DNA of 64,000 nucleotides from a virus. A model generated the notes under the pieces. It did no database searches. It was given only the letters and a program-made list of their open reading frames with translations, and was not told the origin of the DNA. How positions within the stretch are numbered: position 1 is the first letter of the stretch; every line of letters starts with the position of its first letter. The translations under genes and the position numbers were made by a program. Positions 46,230 through 55,934 of the stretch are shown here, piece by piece. The stretch spans positions 1 to 64,000 of IMG/VR virus record IMGVR_UViG_3300024999_000072, one strand, 5' to 3'.

Positions 46230-46322
46230 GGATAGTCCGAACAGCTTACCATTTCGACACTAGAGAGGAAAAGCATGTATCAAGATGGAGTAATGCTGTG
46301 AAAACATTGGTGATGGAGGGAT

Positions 46323-46658
46323 GTGAACAAAACGGAAGCAAAAACCATCCAGCAGGATATAGAGAATGGAACGCTACCCATTGAGGCTGTCTGTGAAATG
46401 CTGGCAAATTCACTAGATGCTAATGCCTTATTTATATCACTGTTTCAACGCGAACAAGACACAGTTCTTAGTAATGGGGCAATGATCTTAGATGAATTTA
46501 TAGCCACAAGTAAAGGCATGTTGACTGGTAGCCTATTAATGGAACGACTTCTGAATAAATATGTAAGCCGCGAACAGGAACGGGCAGATACCCTTGCATT
46601 GGCCCTAGATGTATTAAAAGGGGCAAAAAATACCGAGAAATCACTCAGCAGTTTATAA
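46323..46658 (+). CDS. hypothetical protein
   Basis: RBS; early operon. Confidence 0.6.
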   Translation: MNKTEAKTIQQDIENGTLPIEAVCEMLANSLDANALFISLFQREQDTVLSNGAMILDEFIATSKGMLTGSLLMERLLNKYVSREQERADTLALALDVLKGAKNTEKSLSSL

Positions 46659-46662
46659 GGAG

Positions 46663-47082
46663 GTGAAAACCACGAAAGAGCAGATCACCAACAAAGACCA
46701 GGCGTTTGAAACACTATTAGAGATCAACAGATCACCACGAATTGGATGGATCACCAAAGGCAGCCGCGCAAAATCAAATGAGAACATCGAGATATCTCGA
46801 GAGCTCGCGAAGGAGCTGGCTAATAAAACCGTCTACTTTTACCAAACGCTTGAGTTGCTCCCGTGCGATCCGTTTTGCAACTGCAGCGAAATAGAGGCCC
46901 TGCTACTAAAAACGGTCCAAGAACTGCCTAATGGTGACACGGTAGATGAGCTTGAGCAAATCATGTTTAGATTTTGCCCTTCATGCGGGAAAAAGTTCGA
47001 ACGAAAGCGAGGTGAAGGAAAGCATGGCAAAAGCATCCCTAACAGCGTGGATCAAGGGCCTAACGCTAACCCCGACATTTGA
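46663..47082 (+). CDS. hypothetical protein with CxxC motifs
   Basis: CDPFC and FCPSCG. Confidence 0.55.
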   Translation: MKTTKEQITNKDQAFETLLEINRSPRIGWITKGSRAKSNENIEISRELAKELANKTVYFYQTLELLPCDPFCNCSEIEALLLKTVQELPNGDTVDELEQIMFRFCPSCGKKFERKRGEGKHGKSIPNSVDQGPNANPDI

Positions 47083-47299
47083 AAACCTACCAGACCCTAA
47101 ACCAACAACTCCCGGCGGATATCTAAAAACCTTGACCATGCCAAAATGTAAGTCCTGCAATTGGATTCTGCACTCTGGACACAAAAGCTTCTGCAATCAT
47201 CCTAGATCGCCAGAGGCCACGAAGAGGAATAACGCGACCCGTATTCCTTCAATTAATACGAAGTTATCGCCAGAGTGGTGCCCGTTGAGGATTGTGTAG
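47024..47299 (+). CDS. hypothetical Cys-rich protein
   Basis: CKSC, C.H and SPEWCPL motifs. Confidence 0.55.
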   Translation: MAKASLTAWIKGLTLTPTFENLPDPKPTTPGGYLKTLTMPKCKSCNWILHSGHKSFCNHPRSPEATKRNNATRIPSINTKLSPEWCPLRIV

Positions 47300-47315
47300 G
47301 GGAAAGGAGGAAGCA

Positions 47316-47834
47316 ATGGAGTTATGCCCCAAATGTGGTTGCCTATCGTACTTCGACTCATACTTTCGAAAAATGATGTGCAATACTTGCCAACATACAT
47401 GGAAGGAGGAAGGGAAAGTGGAGAACTTCCAAATAGAAGTAAAGGTAACGGATCTCGAAACATTTAAGCGAATCGTAGCGGAGAACGAAATATTAAAACT
47501 GCAGCTCGAGAAACTCAAGGCAGCAAGCAAGGAAGCTGCTGAAATCCTTAGAGATATGGTTGACGTAGCGAATGCAACAGGGAGCGCTTATTTGTATCGA
47601 AGAGATACCGAAAACGTTTTAAGGGTTATAAAAGCGTTGGCAGTTGGAGATAACGAACCCCACCCCGACGGCCCACCATCCTCGCCAGACGGTTCTGGAA
47701 TTAGCCAAGGGATCAAGAACATACTCCATGACATGCGCAATATGCCAGATGGCTCAACTTACTCAATTGCGCTGGTGCGTGAAATGCTCCATAGCCTCTT
47801 GGATGAGGAAGGGAGCGAAGACGATGCTCCGTAA
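47316..47834 (+). CDS. hypothetical protein with an N-terminal zinc ribbon
   Basis: AGGAGG RBS; CPKC...CNTC. Confidence 0.6.
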   Translation: MELCPKCGCLSYFDSYFRKMMCNTCQHTWKEEGKVENFQIEVKVTDLETFKRIVAENEILKLQLEKLKAASKEAAEILRDMVDVANATGSAYLYRRDTENVLRVIKALAVGDNEPHPDGPPSSPDGSGISQGIKNILHDMRNMPDGSTYSIALVREMLHSLLDEEGSEDDAP

Positions 47835-48012
47835 GATCCTAGAATCATTCGTCGGTCCATTATCAAGCTCTGAATTCGCCACAGTCATGGACCTAGTCAG
47901 AACAGATGTGAAAGTTAACCGCGTCGCCTTTAAACGGAGGACAAGCACTAAGGAAGCGGTTGACATTGCGTTAGGTTGTTTCATGGCACTCCAGAGGGGA
48001 CGGGTAGCTTAA
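47824..48012 (+). CDS. small hypothetical protein (MLRKILESFVG...)
   Basis: RBS; overlaps the upstream stop codon. Confidence 0.55.
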   Translation: MLRKILESFVGPLSSSEFATVMDLVRTDVKVNRVAFKRRTSTKEAVDIALGCFMALQRGRVA

Positions 48013-48038
48013 GTATTCGAGAGGAGGTGAAAGAAATA

Positions 48039-48251
48039 ATGAAAACCCTTAATGATGCACTTGAATTAAGCGAGAAGGATGAGCTCATGAACGAGTTGAA
48101 GGAACATGTCGCGCTCCGGGACAACATGGGCGGATCTCTCTATTGGAACACCATGAACGATGAGTGTTGTGCCATAGCAACACGGTGCGCAAGACTAGGT
48201 TGCGACAGGGCGGAAATAGCTAAAACTCTCGGTCGGGGTAATTTTATGTAG
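48039..48251 (+). CDS. hypothetical protein
   Basis: GAGGAGGTG RBS. Confidence 0.6.
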   Translation: MKTLNDALELSEKDELMNELKEHVALRDNMGGSLYWNTMNDECCAIATRCARLGCDRAEIAKTLGRGNFM

Positions 48252-48266
48252 AAGGAAGGTAAGCGG

Positions 48267-49019
48267 ATGGATATCAAGGAGCCCAATTTATCCATAGTTG
48301 TTTTAACACCTGACCAAAAGGTTGTAGCCATGAAAGCCGCCAAAGATTTAATGCATGGTGCTAGTTACATCCGTGAAATGGTTGAAGGTGATACCTTAAC
48401 GGCCGAGATGCGAGACAGTATGTGCAACCTCATGGATCATTACACGAAGGAAATTTGCGAACCACTAGGTTATGCTTCGGCAGCCGCGCAGAGAATTGAA
48501 GAGAAACACGCTGACATTCGCAGGCTTAACGGTCGCATCCACGAACTTGAACGTCAGTTAGGTGAAGCTGCCCCAATTGACACCGTTCCCAATCTGCTCC
48601 GTAATCTTAAAGATGTCGTGGATGAGTGGTGGAAAGGACAGGGATTCGGCTGGATTTTTGAACTTCAATACAGTCCATACGGTTCAGTTAATCTAAAGTT
48701 TAGCTTTTCGTTCGACCATGTTTTCTCAATGTCAAATACGCCGGTGAGTGACAAGAAGACTAAAACGGATAAACGAAACAACTTGGAAAAACAGGGTTAT
48801 ATCTTTCTCGTTGATGAGAGTGAACACCGTTTGATGGACTGTGATACTAATCGAATCTTGTCTCAATGTCTATTAACCAAGCGTTTCCCATCGATCACGA
48901 TTCGTTACTGGGAGAATCGACACGTTCACAAGAGCGACAAGTTTGCTCTCTGGGGAATCCACGCAGTTATTCAAGATATTAAGGACCTAGCGGTGCCAAG
49001 CGATATATTGCCGGGCTAA
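48267..49019 (+). CDS. hypothetical protein
   Basis: 250 aa ORF with RBS. Confidence 0.7.
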   Translation: MDIKEPNLSIVVLTPDQKVVAMKAAKDLMHGASYIREMVEGDTLTAEMRDSMCNLMDHYTKEICEPLGYASAAAQRIEEKHADIRRLNGRIHELERQLGEAAPIDTVPNLLRNLKDVVDEWWKGQGFGWIFELQYSPYGSVNLKFSFSFDHVFSMSNTPVSDKKTKTDKRNNLEKQGYIFLVDESEHRLMDCDTNRILSQCLLTKRFPSITIRYWENRHVHKSDKFALWGIHAVIQDIKDLAVPSDILPG

Positions 49020-49043
49020 CCAAGGCGGAAGGAGGCGCACCCA

Positions 49044-49256
49044 ATGGTAAAACAAGCACTCCAAACATGCACATGCGGTCTAAATCTCAAGCTACCAGAA
49101 GGCGAAGTCCGAACAGTCTGCCGTAGATGCGGAGCCAAGTGGGAGATCGATTGCGGAGGGTTTTGGTTTAGCCAGACTGTGTTTGAGCCTTTTGTGGCAA
49201 GGGTGAAAAAGCAGACGAGAAAAAAGAGAAAGGCAGGAGCAAGGCGATGGCGTTAA
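49044..49256 (+). CDS. zinc-ribbon protein
   Basis: CTCG and CRRCG. Confidence 0.6.
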   Translation: MVKQALQTCTCGLNLKLPEGEVRTVCRRCGAKWEIDCGGFWFSQTVFEPFVARVKKQTRKKRKAGARRWR

Positions 49257-49603
49257 CCTCAAAACTGTTGCCCTATAAAGTAATAATTCCCTTCGTTGGT
49301 GAAGAGTTGAAAAGAATTTGGAACGTTGTTGGCGACCGGCTCATGAAAGTCGATTGGATCAAGCTTGAGGTAGAAGCTTATCAAAATTTGCAGAAAAAGA
49401 AACAACATCACAAACGTTGGGCGAAGCTTATGCAAAGTGGCGGCATGGTTCGGGATAGCGAAACCGATAAATCGAATCATAAAACGTTGGCCACGGTAAC
49501 CGACAGAGGGATTACCGTTGAGTACATGGATGGGCGAATGATCGGGCAGAGGCATGTCATCCCGTTGTTTATCGATTCGACTCAGTGGGGAGGGATGAAA
49601 TGA
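49247..49603 (+). CDS. hypothetical protein
   Basis: Translationally coupled ORF. Confidence 0.55.
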   Translation: MALTSKLLPYKVIIPFVGEELKRIWNVVGDRLMKVDWIKLEVEAYQNLQKKKQHHKRWAKLMQSGGMVRDSETDKSNHKTLATVTDRGITVEYMDGRMIGQRHVIPLFIDSTQWGGMK

Positions 49604-49854
49604 AAAACTCATTAGGTGATCTAAACAACCATTTGTTCGCGCAGTTAGAACGTTTAGGAGACGAAGAGACCAAGGAAGAAAAATTGGTAGAGGAAATCAA
49701 CAGGGCAAAAGCTATTACTCAGGTTGCTGTGCAAATTATCTCTAATGGAAAACTGGTGCTCGATGCCCTAAAGGTAAAGGATGAATACTTGGGTGGAGAA
49801 AGCAAGAAGATGCCAGCCATGCTTCGCGAAGCGTTTGTTCCATCAGGTGATTAG
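49600..49854 (+). CDS. conserved phage protein (HNH partner)
   Basis: MKNSLGDLNNHLFAQLERL...EINRAKA. Confidence 0.8.
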   Translation: MKNSLGDLNNHLFAQLERLGDEETKEEKLVEEINRAKAITQVAVQIISNGKLVLDALKVKDEYLGGESKKMPAMLREAFVPSGD

Positions 49855-49855
49855 C

Positions 49856-50500
49856 GTGAATCGAAAGTACAGCGACGAGCAGGTGGGGTATATACGAGAG
49901 AATATCACAGGACGGAGCTTCAAGGAATTAACAGCTATGTTTAACGCTCGATTTGGAATGGACTTAAAGGTTTCGGCAGTGATTTCGTTTGCTGATCGTA
50001 ATGGCCTTCACAACGGTCGCGATTCGCGCTTTAACAAAGGCTATGCCCCTACACAGTTTAAGAAAGGGCATGTTCCGTTCAATAAAGGAACGAAGGGAAT
50101 CAGTTATTCAGGGATGGAGACAACTCAATTTAAGAAAGGTAACAAGCCTGCCAATTGGGTGCCTCTAGGGTCAGAGAGAATCACCAAAGACGACTATATC
50201 CAAATCAAAGTGCAGGACGGTAAGCTGCAAAAGAACTGGCGAGGCAAACATATCCTAGTCTGGGAGGAGCATAACGGCCCCCTTCCTAAAGGACATGTTA
50301 TTGTTTTTGGCGACAAGGATAAGCGGAACTTTGATCTTGAAAATCTTATCCTCGTATCTCGAAAACAACTTGTAAGGCTTAATCAGCACAATCTAATTCA
50401 GGGTAACGCTAATCTTACTAGGACGGGGGTTATTATCGCAGATATTTGTAACACCATCGGCGAGAGGAAGAGAAGTAGAAAGGAGAGCCAAATTGGATAA
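49856..50500 (+). CDS. HNH endonuclease (HNH_3 type)
   Basis: TQFKKG repeats; KHILVWEEHNGPLPKG...NL. Confidence 0.85.
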   Translation: MNRKYSDEQVGYIRENITGRSFKELTAMFNARFGMDLKVSAVISFADRNGLHNGRDSRFNKGYAPTQFKKGHVPFNKGTKGISYSGMETTQFKKGNKPANWVPLGSERITKDDYIQIKVQDGKLQKNWRGKHILVWEEHNGPLPKGHVIVFGDKDKRNFDLENLILVSRKQLVRLNQHNLIQGNANLTRTGVIIADICNTIGERKRSRKESQIG

Positions 50501-50891
50501 ATTCGAACTTGAAACAATCAACGTCCTACTAATCGACATCCTGCGCGAACTCGGAATATCTACACGCGTTAAGGGTTACCAACACATTATCACCGCCGTT
50601 AAAATCCTAAGGGAAAATCCGGATTCCATCAATGCTATGACTAAAGAGTTATACCCAGGGGTCAGCAAAATTCACGGCGAGGATATCAGAGGTAGTCGCA
50701 TTGAAAAGGGCATCAGGACTGCAGTGGGATCGAGCAAGGCCGATGACGTTACGTGGCACAGGATACTCGGAACAGCCGGACACCTGACAAACACAAAGTT
50801 TTTAGCAGCATTGGTCAGGGAGATTGAGGTCAGAGCTAAGCTATTTGAGATCAAAAAAGGGATTAAGGGGGTTGGTGAACAGGTTGGATAA
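50493..50891 (+). CDS. Spo0A C-terminal (effector) domain protein, copy 1
   Basis: LRELGI...KGY, TKELYP, SRIEKGIR and TNTKFLA; no receiver domain. Confidence 0.85.
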   Translation: MDKFELETINVLLIDILRELGISTRVKGYQHIITAVKILRENPDSINAMTKELYPGVSKIHGEDIRGSRIEKGIRTAVGSSKADDVTWHRILGTAGHLTNTKFLAALVREIEVRAKLFEIKKGIKGVGEQVG

Positions 50892-51231
50892 ATACGAACT
50901 CCAGACAATTAGTATCCTCCGCGAACTCGAAATACCAGCACATATCAAAGGATACCAAAACATCGTGGCTGCAGTTAAATATCTCCACAAAAACCCAAAC
51001 GCAATTTATCACATGATGAAAGAACTTTATCCAGAGGCCGGAAAAATGTGTGGCGAGGAAAAGCCTGGTCGCGTCGAACGTGGCATACGACACGCGATAA
51101 GTCAATCAACTGTAAGGCAATCGACGTGGATCAAGTTGTTAGGCAGAACTGGTCCCATGCCAAACGGAGAGTTCTTGGCGGCGTTGGATGAGGCAGTACG
51201 AATTAGAATGGCGGGTGATAGCGTTGAGTGA
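50884..51231 (+). CDS. Spo0A C-terminal (effector) domain protein, copy 2
   Basis: IPAHIKGY, KELYP, RVERGIRHAI and NGEFLA; no receiver domain. Confidence 0.9.
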   Translation: MDKYELQTISILRELEIPAHIKGYQNIVAAVKYLHKNPNAIYHMMKELYPEAGKMCGEEKPGRVERGIRHAISQSTVRQSTWIKLLGRTGPMPNGEFLAALDEAVRIRMAGDSVE

Positions 51232-51967
51232 AACGGAGATATTGACACCAGGACCGGAGATGGACGAGGCGGTCGGTAAGATCATGGATGCAACGCCTAA
51301 AATTGTCTGGTGGGCAATGGATCAGGAGGAAGATGGAATATTCCTAAGGTTTACCGATCTCAACATAGCCAATAACTGGCTGGATGATATCAAGTGCCAC
51401 ATGATGCCAAATAGTATCTACAACGGAGTTCACCTTGTTCGCAAGGAAATATACCCACGGTATTCAGAGGACATATCAGCAGCGTGGAAAGTCATTCAAT
51501 GGATCAAGCCAAATTACTGGGTGCAAGTGACCGAGAGCAGAAAATGCGCTGCGTGTGAAGTTGGGGAATACGGGAGTAATGGTGCCGTTGCCGTGGGAAG
51601 AGGAAAGGAAGCGCCAGAAGCAATCTGCAGACTTGCGTTGATTATGGACGCGAAAAAGCCTCTGCTGCAAACAGAGGCCCAAAGGGAAATCACTCATTTG
51701 AATTGTACCATAGATCCAGAAAAAGTTGAATCATTCAAAAGTCAATGGAACTCTATAGATCTATCAAAAATTGAATCGTTGGCGGATTTTCCGTTAGTTA
51801 AGAGGGGTCCTGATTGTGAGATATGCAAATGTTTTAATTGCGGTGAATTGATCGAGTGTCATCACACAAGACCATCCGCGTTGTACCATTGCGGGTCGCT
51901 TTGTAAGGGATTGCTCCCTATTAAGGAATGTAAGATTTTTGACAGGGAGGATGAAGTCGATGACTAA
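51224..51967 (+). CDS. phage ABA-sandwich-like domain protein
   Basis: PRYSEDISAAWKV and APEAICRLAL motifs. Confidence 0.65.
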   Translation: MSETEILTPGPEMDEAVGKIMDATPKIVWWAMDQEEDGIFLRFTDLNIANNWLDDIKCHMMPNSIYNGVHLVRKEIYPRYSEDISAAWKVIQWIKPNYWVQVTESRKCAACEVGEYGSNGAVAVGRGKEAPEAICRLALIMDAKKPLLQTEAQREITHLNCTIDPEKVESFKSQWNSIDLSKIESLADFPLVKRGPDCEICKCFNCGELIECHHTRPSALYHCGSLCKGLLPIKECKIFDREDEVDD

Positions 51968-52094
51968 TCTATGTGACACTTGCAAATTTGACCGCTTTAC
52001 TAATTGCAAAGCAACATCCATCGACTTTATGTACAGAATCGGTTGGGGAGGATCAATAATTAGTTGCAAATATTACGAGCAGAAAGAGGGTTAA
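51960..52094 (+). CDS. small Cys-rich protein (44 aa)
   Basis: Not in ORF track: MTNLCDTCK...C...IISCKYY; GGAGG RBS. Confidence 0.55.
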   Translation: MTNLCDTCKFDRFTNCKATSIDFMYRIGWGGSIISCKYYEQKEG

Positions 52095-52098
52095 TTAA

Positions 52099-52791
52099 TT
52101 GGTAATTTCAGAAGAACATCTCCGCGAAGTATGCAAGGCTGGACAGGGTGCTGAATGCTGCAGATATATTGTTTTGGGCGACGCTCTTGAATGTTCCAAA
52201 GGTACGCCCTTAGGTGTACTTCTTGATAGTAGGGCCAAGCGTGGCGAAATTTTAGCCCAAGGGGATAATTGTGACGGGCTTGCAGCCCCATCTAACGAAT
52301 CAGCAGCAGGGGGAGAAGTAAAAGTGAAGATTATCGATCAAGCGTCTAAGGATACAGGGATTTTCCCAGAGGACTTGAGAAAATACCATTGCGTTAACGA
52401 ATTCCGTAATAAATTTAATATGCTTTGTGACGGACCTTGCGAAGCTTGCTGGAATCAGGAGGAGCGCGAGGAAGGAACGAACGATTCCGATGTTTTGGCA
52501 ACAGTCACGGACGAAGAAGCTGAGCGCAGAGAAAAGTTTCATCTCAAAATGGTTGAGGCTATGAATTTGGTGAAAAAGGCCGAGGAGATTATGGAAGAGG
52601 CTCAAAAGGAAAAGAAAGCATGGTTCGTAGAGATGAGTGAAAAGTACAGAGTTACCGAGAATCCTATTTGCTTCGATCCTAAAACCAAGACTTTACGGAG
52701 GGTTGAAAGGTTCGGCGGAATAGAGACTCTATCGAAAGTGATCGAGATGTTGGCAGGAGGGCTAAGGAAGTCTTCTAAGTTAGGATTCTAA
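52099..52791 (+). CDS. hypothetical Cys-rich protein
   Basis: CK.GQG..CCRY motif. Confidence 0.6.
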   Translation: MVISEEHLREVCKAGQGAECCRYIVLGDALECSKGTPLGVLLDSRAKRGEILAQGDNCDGLAAPSNESAAGGEVKVKIIDQASKDTGIFPEDLRKYHCVNEFRNKFNMLCDGPCEACWNQEEREEGTNDSDVLATVTDEEAERREKFHLKMVEAMNLVKKAEEIMEEAQKEKKAWFVEMSEKYRVTENPICFDPKTKTLRRVERFGGIETLSKVIEMLAGGLRKSSKLGF

Positions 52792-52815
52792 ATAAAAGAG
52801 AGCGAGGAAATATAA

Positions 52816-53733
52816 ATGTCAGTAAAGGAAACGAAAACCCAAGAACAGTCTCAGGAAATTGCGCTTTTAGGCGATGGAGCTGTATTTGTAAAACGTACTG
52901 CCTCTGGCCTTGTCAAGGCTGTCAAAGCACAAATTAAACTTGAGGAGAAGAAAGGCCATCTCGCGGAAATCCAAGGGAAGGTGATGGTCACCGGAGCCGG
53001 ATACAACGAAATGAATAAGGTTGCAGGGGTTTCTGTTATCACTCCCGAGAAATTAACCTTGCCGGATGGATCGGTGGTTGTTAATCCATACCCTATCATA
53101 GATCCTGTTTCGGGAAGTATCTCAAAAGTTTGGGTTAAAAAGATGGCAATCGGCTTAAGTCCAATTGGCAATCTAGTTATCACCACTTCCACCCTGCTTT
53201 ATGATATCCGAATGTATTTCATTCAGGACCTTATGAAAAAGATTAAAAAAAATTCTATTGCCGGTCGACTTTGTATGGAATCCATGCTGACAGATCAGGA
53301 CAGACTGAAAGGAATGTTTTGCCTAATTGAAGGTGAAATGGGAATTTGGGCGGACATTAATAACATAGATACAATGACCTGCATTGAGACATTCATACAA
53401 AACAAGCTCTTTGCTGAACGAAAAGCCCAAACCATTGCCGAACGCAACGCGATGAAAAAACACCCTGCGCTTGCAACGACCTTAGTTATTCCGACCGGAC
53501 CAGAAAAGGCCAGAACTGCAGTCGTCAATGTGGTTGGATTCTCCCATGATTTTTCCCAGCAGGAACTATTAGACATAGCTCAAAAAGCTGCTGACGGAGA
53601 ACCGATCACCGTGAATAACAAAAAGGTTGAGGTTGTCGATATCCCATCCAGTGAGCTCACTGAAGAAGATTTGGCAACCAGCGCCGACGAGGAAGAAAAT
53701 ACAGAAGGCTCGAACGGCGGTGATCTCCTTTGA
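52816..53733 (+). CDS. hypothetical protein, possible ssDNA-annealing/recombination protein
   Basis: Precedes the SMC-like ATPase; acidic C-terminal tail. Confidence 0.55.
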   Translation: MSVKETKTQEQSQEIALLGDGAVFVKRTASGLVKAVKAQIKLEEKKGHLAEIQGKVMVTGAGYNEMNKVAGVSVITPEKLTLPDGSVVVNPYPIIDPVSGSISKVWVKKMAIGLSPIGNLVITTSTLLYDIRMYFIQDLMKKIKKNSIAGRLCMESMLTDQDRLKGMFCLIEGEMGIWADINNIDTMTCIETFIQNKLFAERKAQTIAERNAMKKHPALATTLVIPTGPEKARTAVVNVVGFSHDFSQQELLDIAQKAADGEPITVNNKKVEVVDIPSSELTEEDLATSADEEENTEGSNGGDLL

Positions 53734-55934
53734 TCAAAGAGATAACCATGCGCAACTTCAAAGGCCAAATGGAGTCACAAAAACTCACAGGTAGAGATAT
53801 CTTTGTCGGACCAAATGGCAAGGGCAAAACAACTCGATTACAGGCCGTGGGCATTGCTCTCCTTGGTTATGTGCCTGGCAAAGGCAAACTTCCAACAGAG
53901 ACGTTCAAATTAGCCAGCGCGGACAATATGTCAGTTGGGTTAGTAACGGATAATCTAACCTTTGCCCGTACCTTTACTAGGTCGGAGAAGGGTGGCAAGG
54001 ACGGCTCAAATAACGTTACAGTTTCCCAGGGGATTGATTTATCACCTAGTCGTGGCGAAAAGAAAGCGGCAGACAAAGAAGCGAGGATTGCTTTCGAGGT
54101 TGGAAGCTTTCCTGTGATGCTGGATTTTAACGAGTTTCTTTCTCTTTCGGACTCAAAGCGCCGTGATTTTATCTATGGATTATCGTCCATCAAAACAGAA
54201 TTATGGGACAGAACCAGAGTTGAAGCACACATAAGGACAAAGCTTCTCACGTTGGATCTCGAAGTAAATAATCCTGATCAATACCAAATTATGAGCGGAC
54301 TTATAGCGGACGCAATGAAAGAGTATCCCGAGAATGATGATATTCAGGCTGGATTACAGTCAATGATCGAATGGGCCAAAGCCAAGCAGACTCACTGGAA
54401 TGACGAAAAGAAGAACGCTGTAGGTGCGGTTAAGAAGCTAGCCGACATGAAAAATCAACTTGAGGAAACGGATCGGAATATTGTGCAGCACAAAGCTGAA
54501 TTAGAGCAGCTGCAGCAACAACTCACTGACAGCGAAAGTCAACTCGCCCGAGATCGAGAACGCAAACGAGCGATCGATCAACGTCTTGTTAGTATGACTG
54601 AACTTGGGATGATGATCGAAACATTAACCAAGAGTCAGGCCGAACCTGCAGTTAATTATGATTTGCTGATTGCTGACCTCCGGGGGCACATTAAGGAATT
54701 TGATTTCAAAGCGGAGTTCGTCAAGTTTGATCAGGAATTGCAAACATTAAGCAACAAGTTAAAAGAGGCAAGGGAACAAGACCGAGCCACGATCACTACC
54801 TTAGCCCAAATTCAGGCTGAAAAAACGGTTCTTAATTCGACCTTAAAACAAATAGATGAGCAGTCGAAGAAAAATGGCGCCAGCAGGGTCTGCGTTATTC
54901 ATTCTAAGATCGGATGCGACAAGGATTTTAGCAAGGCAGCCACGGTTTTTGGTCAGCAGTTAGTCGTGTTGGAACAAAGAGAAGCTGACCAGAAGGCTGT
55001 ACAGAAGGAAACTAGGATTAAGATCGAAGGCCTTGAAACCAGCAAAAGTGACATCGATGCACAACGTACTGAGACACATAAGAATCAAACGACTTTGAAT
55101 CAAGTGAACGAGGATACCAGAAAAGAAATTGCTGGACTAGAGAAGAAAAAGGCAGACGAGGTTAATGTCTCGGCGCGGATTAGTGACCAACTGAAGATGT
55201 ACCAAGAAGAATTGACCAGGCTTAGGAATCTACCGCCTGAGGCAATCGCCCCCTTGGATATCTTGGAGAAGCAGAGCGAAGGTCGTAGGTCGCAGATTAA
55301 GGAACTCAAGGTTAAGCTCGAGGGGCAAGAGAAGGCCAAAATTACGCTGAGTAGCTTGAAGTCGACGATGATAGACTCTAAGACCGCAACTTATAATGCG
55401 CAGTGCGTAAAGGATCTGTCCGAGTCTCTGGGTGCAAAAGGTCTGCAGGGTGAGTTGGTAAAAGGGATACTTGAACCCATACGCACTGATATTCAAATGA
55501 ATCTTGAACTGATGGGTATTGACAGTGAGTTTTACTTTTCAACTGAATCAGATACCGGCAAAGAAGTATTCCAATTTGGTTGGAGGAACGACCATGGAGA
55601 CGAACGCAACTTTGACGCTCTGAGCACCGGACAACAACTCCTATTGCTTATCGCGATGCTGGTCACCTTCTTAGAGCGTTCAAATCCACCATTGAAGGTG
55701 TTGGCGATCGATAACATAGAGAATCTTGACCGGGTGAACTTCCGCAAGGCCCTGATCGGCATGGACAAGCTCTCAGGAAAGATTGATAACATTATCCTCT
55801 CCGGAGTCGTTGATTTGTACGAAACGAAATGGATTGATGGTGGGGAAGTTAGAACATTGCTTCCTGAGCTCAATGACTGGGGGGTCACGGACCTTGGGGA
55901 GATTGCATCCGAGGGGGTGGAGCAAAATGCCTAA
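53730..55934 (+). CDS. Rad50/SbcC-like SMC ATPase
   Basis: NFKG, GPNGKGKT, long coiled coil with central C..H...C, LSTGQ signature, IDNIE. Confidence 0.88.
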   Translation: MIKEITMRNFKGQMESQKLTGRDIFVGPNGKGKTTRLQAVGIALLGYVPGKGKLPTETFKLASADNMSVGLVTDNLTFARTFTRSEKGGKDGSNNVTVSQGIDLSPSRGEKKAADKEARIAFEVGSFPVMLDFNEFLSLSDSKRRDFIYGLSSIKTELWDRTRVEAHIRTKLLTLDLEVNNPDQYQIMSGLIADAMKEYPENDDIQAGLQSMIEWAKAKQTHWNDEKKNAVGAVKKLADMKNQLEETDRNIVQHKAELEQLQQQLTDSESQLARDRERKRAIDQRLVSMTELGMMIETLTKSQAEPAVNYDLLIADLRGHIKEFDFKAEFVKFDQELQTLSNKLKEAREQDRATITTLAQIQAEKTVLNSTLKQIDEQSKKNGASRVCVIHSKIGCDKDFSKAATVFGQQLVVLEQREADQKAVQKETRIKIEGLETSKSDIDAQRTETHKNQTTLNQVNEDTRKEIAGLEKKKADEVNVSARISDQLKMYQEELTRLRNLPPEAIAPLDILEKQSEGRRSQIKELKVKLEGQEKAKITLSSLKSTMIDSKTATYNAQCVKDLSESLGAKGLQGELVKGILEPIRTDIQMNLELMGIDSEFYFSTESDTGKEVFQFGWRNDHGDERNFDALSTGQQLLLLIAMLVTFLERSNPPLKVLAIDNIENLDRVNFRKALIGMDKLSGKIDNIILSGVVDLYETKWIDGGEVRTLLPELNDWGVTDLGEIASEGVEQNA

